From Paraspadella gotoi (lineage: Eukaryota; Animalia; Chaetognatha), in contig CM119269.1 of assembly GCA_051294375.1 (NCBI GenBank), positions 10,165,056 to 10,229,055 on the forward strand: DNA of 64,000 nucleotides, written 5' to 3'. Positions within the stretch are counted from its first letter, which is position 1; every line of letters starts with the position of its first letter. The translations under genes and the position numbers were made by a program. The notes below the pieces were generated by a model. It did not search any database. It was given only the letters and a program-made list of their open reading frames with translations, and had not been told where the DNA came from. Below, piece by piece: positions 36,760-47,094 of the stretch.

Positions 36760-37476
36760 AAGTTTGAGCAAACAATGTCGGATCTGCCCACGATCATTAT
36801 CGGTAATTAATAATTAATTCAAGTTAATTATTTAATTAATTAAAAATTAATTTATTCAAGTTAATTATTGAATTAATTAGGCAATTTGATCAAAAGTTTG
36901 TTTTGATTGATTATTTGACTGATTAATTGTTTGATTAATTAATACATCTTGCATTTACATTTAAAATAAAAAGAAAAAGAAGCATAATCAATTAGTTAAA
37001 CAGGTTTTTTGTTTTTTCCATTTAAACTCATTTCACTCAAACGATTCCATCGAAACTTGATTTCCAGTTTAATAACACACTTTTCTACCCAAATACAAAA
37101 TTTCAAGTCAATCGCCCCATCCACTTATGAGTAATTGGTGTTCAAATAGTGAAATATATATATTTTTATCCATTTAAACTCATTTCCACTTGGACGATTC
37201 CATCGAAACTTCATATCCAGATCAATCACACACTTCCCTACCCACATAAAAAATTTCATTCCAATCCATCCATACAATCACGAATTCACGAGTAATTGGT
37301 GTTTTTTGCTAAGGTGGGACGGATGGACGGACATCGTTTTTTTTGCATAATTTATCATAATTCGATGTTCTGACATGATATAAGTGAATGCCCGACAAGA
37401 TTGAGGGGGCAATTGACGAACCGATAAAGTGAATTTATAGAGTCGGGATCTGCTGAAAAGCAGATCCGACTAAAAA
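36760..37476 (-). mobile_element. HINE-family element, complete
   Basis: Reverse-complement match to 29701-30468. Confidence 0.75.
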
Positions 37477-38012
37477 TCATATTTTCATCATTTAAGGAAA
37501 AACTCATTGAAGTCGAAGTCAAAGCTATTTCTACTAAATGATTGGACATCTAATTTATGTTTCACTGCATCCTAACTATAAAAATTTTATTTTAAAATTC
37601 TAATCTTACTTTACTTTATTATAATAAAAAAAGAAAAATAACTATACCAAAAGCATAGTATATTGGCTATAAATACTATCTTTTTGGTTCTTTATCAAAA
37701 AATAAAAATTATATATAACTTTAAATTTTTTTAAACTTTTTCTCCTAAGAATTTAGTTAAATGAGAAAATGAGAAACTATCTTCACTCCTTGTGTGCGGA
37801 TAGTGTGTGATCGAGGTAAAAACAAATCCAAAGAGAGGGAGAGAGAGAGAAAGAACAAAACAATTCTGTTTCCATAATTACTTACAATTATCGCAGTTTT
37901 CTTTCTGTTAAGTTGATATTTAAAACTAGTATTTAGATATTGATAATACTCTCAGGCTTGTTACTTACTGCCTGACAGAGTTTGTTAAAATCTCGGAGAA
38001 ATCTAAACGAAG

Positions 38013-41000
38013 ATGAGTGACGAAGAAACCCAAGAGGTATGAAGAAATCTTATGAAGTCAGAAATTATGTAAACTTTACAGTAAAGTCTGAAGTTACCAT
38101 TCAGTTCCAGAATATACAATAACTACAATGATTGTATTAATTAAGAAATTAATTTATAAAATATTAAACATACATTGCGTTCGGTTTCTAATTCAGGCGC
38201 CGACAGCGGAAACCTCCGATGAGGCTGGTGAGGAAGAATTGATTAATGAATAAATAAATTAATAAATGAATGAATTAATAAGAAAATAAATGAGTGGAAA
38301 AATAAAAGAAAAAAAAAACCTGATGAAGGCTTAAAAATCGTTGTTATCAAACAAACAAACTTTGTTTTCTTTAACTATATATACACAACGAAAAGAAAGG
38401 AAATAACATAAAGAATGAATGAATAAATAACTGAGTTGAAAATTTTAATTCAGGACCACCACATATTTAAGTTAAATGAGTGAATGAATATTGAATAAGT
38501 TAAAACAAATGAATTATAAAAAGAGATTAAATGAACGAAAAAAAGCGAAACCTTCTTTGTCCCCGACCCAGGTGCAGAGGCGGCGGCTCCCGCTGCTGCT
38601 GAAACGCCCGGCCTCGGCGTCCGTCGCGAGATCATCGAGACTCTGACTCCAGCAGAGCTGGAGTATTTCCACAACATCAGAAATTACCTCTCGACGCTGA
38701 AGCAACCGGAGAGAGAGAGATGGATCATAGCGGTGAGAGACTAAAAAGGGTCAAGGGATTAAGTTTAAGGAAAAGTCACATGGTCTCTTCCCTCTGATTT
38801 CCATCTCCTTTATCATATATGTTCTTTATTCTTTAGCTTAACTGAGCTTAGATTTTCTTTAGCTTTTATAATTATACCTACATTTCTTTTCTCTATCCCA
38901 TTATTTCTTCTTTATGCTTTCTATACTCATTCTTTCTTCTTTATATATTCTTTTTACTCTATCTTGTCCTCTCTATCCCCTCTCGTCTATCCTCTTTTCT
39001 TCCCTCCATCAGGAAATGCAAAAACTTCGCATCGAAAAAGAGTTGGAAGAAGCGACATCTATTGTTCTGCCGCCGCCGAAGTTCGTTAGATCCCGTCGTC
39101 GTCGTTGTCATCATCGTCCTCGTCGTTGTCATTATCGTCGTAGTCGTCATTATCGTTGTCGTTATCGTAGTCGTCATTGTAGTTATAGTCGTCTTCGCCG
39201 TCGTTATCGTCGTCGTTCTCATTGTTATCATTTTATTGAGTCATAAAAGTTTTCAAAAATGTTCTAAATCCCAACTGAGTTATTTTTTTCTGTTTTGTTT
39301 TAGTTTGTCAAATGTTTTATTTTCTTTTCTATTTAGTTTTCTTCAACCAAATGTTTTGTTTCTCGCTTCAGATCCGGAGATGAAGAGGAAGATTTGGAAG
39401 GAGAAGGAATGGAAGAAAGAACGAGTTAGTTTTTAATTATTTAACAATTAATTTACATTAAACATTGAAAAAATAAAGGCAATTTAAAAAAGCTGTCGGG
39501 TCATATTGAGTTTCTATTTATATGAAATTATTATCATTATTAGGCCTTATTTTCTCAGAATGACCCATTTTATCTTAAATTCGGAGTTAGGTTATTTTTA
39601 TCCGAAATGTGCTATAGCCTTATATTTCACTTTGTCGGTAAGTACCTAAATCATGTCAGAACATCGAATTCTGATAAATTATGCAAAAAAATCCGTCCGT
39701 CTATCCCCCCTTATTTTTAACGCCAATTATTCATGAGTGGATAGAGCGATTTACTTTAAATTTTGTAAGTCGTTAGGAAAGTGTATGATTGAGTGGAAAT
39801 GAGTTTAAATGGAAAAAAATAAAACCTGTTAAATGTAAATACAAACTGGAATAATTAATCAAATAATCAATTAATTAATCAATTAAATAATCGTTTAATT
39901 TATAAATCAATTAATTATTAAATCAATCAATTAATGAGTCATCGTAATCGTTTTTGTTGTGGTCAATGACCAAAACGCAAATAAATAACAAGAACGGAAA
40001 TTCAATTGCGTGTTGCGCCGGAGTGACTTTCTTTTATTCTTTAGTTTTATGATTTCCTGAAGGCGACGCTCGCCGTCACTTAGATTTCAGGTTTTTTCTT
40101 GTCTTAACAAATGAGCAACCGACTATAGGCGAGTTATGAGCATAGAGCCTCTATTAGAGGAGCAACTAACAAACAAGTTTGAGCAAACAATGAAGGATCT
40201 ACTTAATTAATTGATTAATTAATAAATAGTTAACTAATTAATTGATTAATTAATTATTTAATTACCGTTAATGATCCGGCATTGTTTGCTCAAACTTCTT
40301 TTAGTTAAAGATTAGGTAGGTTTTTATTAAGGATTAGGTTAGTGATTAAGATGAGGGACTTGGTTTGTGATTAGGGTTGGTGATTTGTATTAGGGACCAG
40401 TATTTAGGGTTAGAGGTTAGGATTAAAATTAAAAATAAAGGTTAAGGGTTAGGGTTCAGGATTAGATTAAGATTAGGGATTATGATTAGAGATTAGAATT
40501 AATTAATTAATAAATAGTTTATAAGTTTAAAAATATATTTACACTGAATATTAAGGTTAAAATTAAATTCTGGGATAAAAGAACAGAAAAGGAAAAGTGA
40601 GCCGTTAATTTAATAAATAAATAATTTTTAATTGGTCAAACCCATTAATTTCGAATCGGGCCTTCTCGTTTCCTTCTCCATCAGGCGGACAATCAGGCGG
40701 TGAGCAAGAAGCAGGCGAAGAAGGAGGAGAGACGGAGGCGGCAGTCGAAGCGGCGGAGGTGGAAGAGGAAATGACGGAAGAAGAACGAGCATTTCAAGCA
40801 TTTTTGGCAGACGAAGCCAAAAAGTGTCTCATTTGCAAAAGGCAAGCGAGAAAAAAGTTTTATAAAGTCTTTTATTAAAAAGATAAAATAAATACATATT
40901 TGCCAAAATATATAAACTAAATATTAAGCGGATATAAAAATTGATATTTTTATATAAAATTATATTGAATTATATTTCTATATTGAATCATTCTTTAAAA

Positions 41001-44000
41001 CATTATGTGGCAACTTATTCACCATCGCCACCCGCCTGAGTCCATCAGGTGGCGTAAGAGCGAGAATTCTCTCTTCCCACCTAGCGGTTTATGGTTCGCG
41101 CCCCATTGGTTTCTATGTTAGTAAGCGGGACGGGACGTCTAACCCACCTGTAGTTCCAAAGTTCTGAAACAAGCAGATAACAGGCGGTAATTTGTCCTGT
41201 CGTGTGGCACTAAGCGTGACGGTATCTGTGTAACCGCGCCAGTGGCATCTGTCGCTAAGTTTCCTAAACCCCCAATTACCACCAAGTGAGATACTCTACC
41301 CAGCTGGGAATTACTGGCAACCCGACTGTCGCTAAGATCTTAACCCACTATAGCTGTCTCACACCTCACGTGCAAACGCCCACTCCATCCGTCCGATTCA
41401 GGTATTGTCACAAAGAAGAAAACGCGGACTATCTTTACTTACCCTGTTCCGTCTGCGAGATCCGCGCTTGTCACATGTGCAAAAGATTTTGCTACAAATG
41501 CGCGCGACTAATTTGCATCAATTGCCTCCTGGTCAAGCAGAAGACCGGACGGTGAGTTAAAATCGAATGCTTGCTATTCGCCTGGTCGTTCATTGATTAG
41601 TCTCTGCTTTATTTCTTTAAAAAATGTCAGGAAATATTGTCACGACTGTTTTCAAGAGTCGAAACTGAATGAACGGGAACTCAAGTGCGAAGTCTGTTAC
41701 ATCAAGGTTTATTGATTGTTTGATTGTTTACTTATTTGTTGATTCATTTCATTAATTATTATTGGTGATTAACATCGTTTTATGAGGAAAATGCATATTA
41801 TTTTTATTTAAGCAATATATTTCGGTTAACATTGCTTAACCATAGTTCATTTGCGAAGTAAATGCAAGAAAAACAGTCACAAAAAAGTAAAAAAAATATT
41901 TTGGTTAAAAGAGAGAGAGAGAGAATAAGAGTGAAAAGAAACATGAGGTCAAAGTTAAGGACAAAAGCTCAAGAGAAAGAAAGAGAAAGAACCCCCCCCA
42001 TCTTCAATAGTCTTTTAGTTTTTGTAGAAGAGGATTCCATGCGTGTGTTTTTACATATCTAGAGAGATCATCGTTGAGGCCTTTTCCCGGGTCTGTCCCT
42101 TGACGACGAATCTCCAGGCTCTCACGAACATGCAAATTGAATTCAATTTTTTTTCGGTTTTTGTTTGAAAAAGTTGCAAGAACCACAGGGTCTTCCCAGG
42201 CGATTTCACCTTCGCAAGATTTTGCATGTTTGCTAATTCCCGACATATTCTGGCTGTCGTGTGAAGATGCGTATTCTCTTCGATGTTGTGCTGTGCGCTT
42301 TTTTATTGAGACGCTTGTTTTTCCAACGTAAGAAGAGGCGTTGTTGGGTGGGGTTTGGCAATTACAAGAAAGCTTATAAACCCCTTTTCTATCAACCAAA
42401 GGTGGTTGTGTTTTGTTGGGCCCACACAACAAATTGGCTAGTTTGGGACCTGACTTAAAAAAAATGCGACAATCATGTTTTTTAAATACATGTCTAAGTT
42501 TGTTACCAATAGATTGGCAAGAGGTAGGATTTCAAGTGAGACCAGTATTGGAACATTTCCGGTAAACTGAAGTTGAAAGAGTTCCATCTTCATTTCGAGA
42601 AAGAAGACAGTCTAAAAAAGCGAGTTTTTTGTGTTCTTCTCTTTCTTTCTCTTGAGCTTTTGTCCTTAACTTTGACCTAATGTTTCTTTTCACTCTTATT
42701 CTCTCTCTCTCTCTTTTAACCAAAATATTTTTTTACTTTTTTGTGACTGTTTTTCTTGCATTTACTTCGCAAATGAACTATGGTTAAGCAATGTTAACCA
42801 AAATATATTGCTCAAATAAAAATAATATGCATTTTCCTCATAAAACGATGTTAATCACCAATACTATGTACTCATACCGCATATACGATGACTCTCAAGT
42901 AATTAATTATTATTATATTGATTAAGTGAATTGATTGCTTGATTGATAGAATGATTTTTAATTGATATTTTTATTTGTTGGTTCAATGATTAATCATTAT
43001 TTTTTATTAACAGATTGATTGATCAAATAAGTTACTTATAGATAAAACAATTAATTGATTGCTTTATAGTTTATTGCCTGATTTATTGTCATCGTAGACG
43101 GATATGGAAGAGCGGGTGATCAGTTGTTGGAGATGCTTCAGCCTCGCCTGCATGAAAACTTGCGCCAGGTAACGAGATCAGTCGGTCTGTCTGTCTGTCG
43201 ATATATCTGTTAGGCTCACTGACTGGAAGTCCGTATGTCAGGCCATCAATCAATCTATAGTTTGGTCAATCTTTGGGCGAGTTGGCAACTTTGTCGGGTA
43301 GTCGGTTTATTTGCCAGCCGGTCCACAGTCAGGCAAAGCCCGACACCCTCTCCCTAACGCCATCTGCCTGACATCCTCTGTTCGACACCATTTGCCCAAC
43401 ACCTTCCACCTGACAGCATTTGCCCGACACCTTTCACCCGACAACCTTTGACCAACACCCTCCGCCAGACACCTTCTGCCAACACCTTCCGCCTGACCCC
43501 CTTTGCCTGACACTCTTTGGTCGAGGCCCTCAGCCCGACACCTTTCGCCAGACACTGCTTGATGCCCTCTGCCCAATACCTTTTGCCCAACGCTTTCTGC
43601 CTGACACCCTCTGCTTGACACCCTCTGCCCAATACCCTGTGCCCGATAATCTCTGCCTGACACCCTCTTCCCAACAATCTCAACCCTACACCTTCAGCCC
43701 AACACTCTCTGCCCGACACCCACTGCCCATTATGCCCACTGCCCTAGTGCCCAACACCCTCTTCCGGACACCCTCTGCCCGACAGATACACCCTGGATGG
43801 TTACATGTGTCGTCGCTGCCTTCAAGACTTGAAGGAGCAAGAGGAAGCGAGGAAGAGAGAAGCGGAGGGAATAGAGGCTGGGACCAATTTTGGTGAGATG
43901 ATGTTGTGATGATTGTAATGACGATGATAATAATGATGATGTATCGATTGCTTGCTTTAAAATTGATAATAAAAAAATCATGACGATGTTGGATGATTAT

Positions 44001-45370
44001 GTTGGTGATTATAGTGATAATGATATATTTTTTTAGTTGGATCTGCTTATCAGCAGATTCAGACTCTATAATTCACTTTGTCAGTCCGTCGGTCCCACCC
44101 CAAAATTTTGTCGGTAAATAATTATTATCATATCAGAACCTCGAATTATGATAAATTATGCAAATAAAATTAAGTCCGTCCGTACGTCCATCCGTCCCAC
44201 CTTTGCATTAAACTAAAATTACTCATGATTGGACGAATGGATTGGAATAAAATTTTGTGTGTGGGTAGGAAAGTGTGTGAATGAGCTGGATATAAAGTTT
44301 CAATGGAATCGTGCGAGTGGAAATGAGTTTAAATGGAAATAAACAAATGTCACATTTACTTAAAAAATTTTTACTCATAATTATTATATTTATTAAAAAT
44401 TGGATTGATGAATTGAAATGAAATTTTGTGTATGGGTAAGAAAGTATGGAATCAAGCTGGATATAATTTTTTTATGGAATCATAGGAGTGGAAAAGAGTT
44501 TAAATTAGAAAACCAAAAGACACATTTATTTGAATTTTAAAAATTTTTACTATTTTTCTGATTGATTGATTGGTTAAATGATTGATTGATAAATATTTTA
44601 ATTGATTAATTTAGAAATCTGTTATTATTCATAATGTTATGATCAAGTTTTGATTCATTACATTTCTCTCTTTATTTATTAAAAAAATTTCTTGTCAAAT
44701 TCATAAGACATCCCATCTGCTTAGCTACTTACTGCTAAATCATCGTAGGCAGATCCGACATTGTTTGCTCAAACTTGTTTATTTTTAGATGGCAACGTTA
44801 ACGCGGACATCCTTAATCTCGGCGCCAACCGAATGGAATCTATTCAGGTCATCAATCAGTCCATCCGTTTGTCAGTTTTGTTCCTCGGTCAGTGGAGGTG
44901 GTCGAGATAAAAAAGGCGAACAAAATGAGATGAATCGATTTATTAAAATCAACAAAGCAAATGGAATCGAATTTTCTCATTGTACAATGTGGCATTCATT
45001 TTTATATAGAGAGAAACTTAAGTGACGTTGTAAACAAAACTACAAAAAAGAATTCAAAATAATTTCATAGCGGGCAAAGGAATTTCTAAAGAATTCGTTT
45101 GGCGATTTTATTTTCCTTCTTAATTAATAATACTCAGGAACTCCACTGGTCTCAGGTTATCAATCCGTCAATCAGTTTCAATCTCAGGTCGTTGATCTGT
45201 CTAACCGTCTTTCCTTGTCGGTTATATTTATAAAATGTAAATTTTAAAAATACAATTTTATAATTCCTATTTTTTTTCAGGATTTGGATCGAACTTCATT
45301 AAATCTCAAAAGATTTAACTCGAAAATTTCCAAAAATTCTTTCATTTCTAAAACCTCCAAAATGGTATAA
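38013..45370 (+). CDS. Uncharacterised protein: acidic N-terminus followed by ~10 CxxC motifs (zinc-finger-like)
   Basis: Phase-compatible exons 38013-38036, 38197-38227, 38572-38732, 39013-39080, 39372-39424, 40685-40841 (GC donor), 41402-41551, 41631-41706, 43098-43168, 43786-43892, 44789-44847, 45281-45370. Motifs CLIC, CSVC, CHMC, CYKC, CINC, CHDC, CEVC, CWRC, CMKTC, CRRC. Confidence 0.72.
41027..41345 (+). ncRNA. Family-C tRNA-headed element with partly deleted twister and structured 3' region
   Basis: Head GGTGGCGTAAGAG..GGTTCGCGCCC; core GGG-A-CGGG-ACGT-C-TAA-CCC-AC..TCCAAAGT; P5 TGTTA/TAACA. Confidence 0.55.
41760..42863 (-). mobile_element. Internally deleted Penelope-like element flanked by ~230-bp inverted repeats
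   Basis: RT end LAFLDCLLSRNEDGTLSTSVYRK (42532-42630); GIY-YIG GVYKLSC..YVGKT..R..QH..RESLEI..GLN (42004-42432); 41760-41992 is inverted at 42633-42863. Confidence 0.88.
43338..43785. repeat. ~15-bp minisatellite (CCCTCTGCCCGACAC)-like
   Basis: About 28 degenerate direct units with strong C skew. Confidence 0.85.
44030..44780 (+). mobile_element. HINE-family element, complete
   Basis: Both family ends present; it fills nearly the whole intron. Confidence 0.75.
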
Positions 45371-45906
45371 AATGTATGAGTTCATGTTAAACTGAGATAA
45401 TTAATTTTTAGTTATTAAAAGATAGACCCTGGTTTGTAAAATTTTTTTCTTCTTTGAAACAAAATCTATATTTAGATCTGAAACCCAAAAAGTATATTGT
45501 TTTCCATACATTGACTGAGAAAATTCAATTTTCTTTCAATTTTTTTTTTGGAAGGATTGAGTAAAATAACTATTTTCTTATTCGAAAGGACAAAACCGAA
45601 TGAAAAATAATCTCATCTAATCTTAATTAATGAATATAAATTGCTTGTAGTTTTTTTTTTATTAATTTTTGATTTCCATCCCATCCTAACATTGCTGATG
45701 AAACTCTAAAAAGCCAACATTGTCTATGTAGCTGTCAATATCTCAAAGTAAATGTTGCATTTTTATAAACGTAAATTTATATTACTTAAATGAAAGATTG
45801 TAAAAAATGAAGATGGATAAATTAGAGCGACAAGAATTCAATTTTGCTCCTATAACGGAATATGAAAGTATTTTCCCCGCCAATGCATTTCCATCGTCGC
45901 CAGAAA

Positions 45907-46622
45907 TCACAAGTCTTCCCTGACGGAGTTCGGCGCATGAATGGGCATTAGTTCCTTGACTCGTTTGACAAAGTCAGACTTTTCGGTACAGGCGATGCAT
46001 TGCTCCTCCCAGTCGTTAAGTATTTTCTTCAACTCCTTCACTCTCAACTTGTTCAGGTCGGTGTTCTTGAGGTCGATCTCCTTGTCGTAACGGAGGTCGC
46101 ACACCTAAAATTGTTCGTTTATGTTTGTTTATGTAAGTTTAGTAGATATACTATATCAGTTCATGACAATTTCAAAAAAACAAATATTTGAAACTCACCT
46201 GCGCGTCTTTCTTTTCGATCTTCTCGCAGACCCTCTCCGGCGGCATTCCCCAACTCAAAGGTTTCGCCATTTCCCCGACGATGTAGGTGGCCGAAGTGGG
46301 GAGACCGCCGATGTAATAGCAAAATCTCTCTTCCTTCTTTTTGGCACTCTTGCACCACGTCTTGAATTGCTTCTCGATGGCGCTGGTGAAATGGAAGCGG
46401 AGTAACATTGTGTTCGAAATGTCATGAAAACCCCATAAAAACGAACCTTGGATCCGTCTTCTCTTCTGATGAAAGCGTCCCGGAAAACTTAGTTATGACC
46501 CCCACGCAAACTTCGCAATGGTCTGCCCTCTTCTTAGACTCCGCAAAGGAAGCCGCAACGGCGAGGAAGGCGACGAGGTACACGAAGCACCTGTAGCTTA
46601 TGGGAAATCCCAAGGAGATCAT
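45907..46622 (-). CDS. MANF: MANF/CDNF (ARMET) family ER-stress protein
   Basis: Exons 46622-46447, 46382-46199 and 46104-45907. Signal peptide, [48 protein letters not shown]-terminal REDL. Confidence 0.95.
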
Positions 46623-46814
46623 GGTGTCACGGAGGGCAAACGTTTTTTGTTAATTCTGGAGTTAGAAAGAAAGTTCACAACGATTCTATTACACCGAGAA
46701 GAGGGTAGAGTTTATAAGTAACGAGTGTCTTTTCTTAAATAATACGCAGTAAAGTGTCACTACGAAGATGAAAACGAGAAATAAGACCGGCGTGTCATAA
46801 AATCAAGAAAAGCA

Positions 46815-46843
46815 ACGTGGTCCAATGAGAGAGAAGCACGTCA
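46815..46843 (-). promoter_or_regulatory. ERSE-II (ATTGG-N-CCACG) overlapping an ERSE-I-like and a UPRE-like site in the MANF/NEMO-OPTN divergent promoter
   Basis: ACGTGGTCCAAT at 46815-46826; CCAAT-N9-GCACG at 46822-46840; TGACGTG on the minus strand at 46837-46843. Confidence 0.7.
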
Positions 46844-47094
46844 CTCGTCAGGGACACATGTTGAAAAAGGGTTGTTGCAGACGACGAAGGGCGAGCTTCG
46901 GGCGGAGAGCCTGACCTACGAACAAATGAACGTCGACGCGATGGCGCTCAGGTCGCTGCCCCTCTGACTTATCTCTTTGGAATTGAGGATATTGCCTGGA
47001 AACGCGCAATAGATTTTTTATAAACGAGATAAAGACTACCTCTCAAAATAAATAAAGGATTTTTCTAGCGACCCTCGGAAACCCAGATGGAGCA

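Noticed and set aside
38914-39436. Protamine-like Arg-rich, poly-Val/Ile and poly-Thr ORFs
   Set aside because: An intronic (GTC/ATC)n microsatellite read through from a real exon.
40320-40500. Telomere-like TTAGGG tract
   Set aside because: Degenerate and interstitial; similar TAACC(C/T) tracts fill other small repeats (18760-18990, 27130-27250).
41196-41270. Pistol-like motif (CACTAA-GCG..GT-GGCA)
   Set aside because: No P1 hairpin with a complementary TTAGTG loop and no UAAA linker in the right place.
43307-43896. Three overlapping 118-158 aa ORFs
   Set aside because: Translations of the 15-bp minisatellite; only 43786-43892 is modelled as exon, in a different frame.
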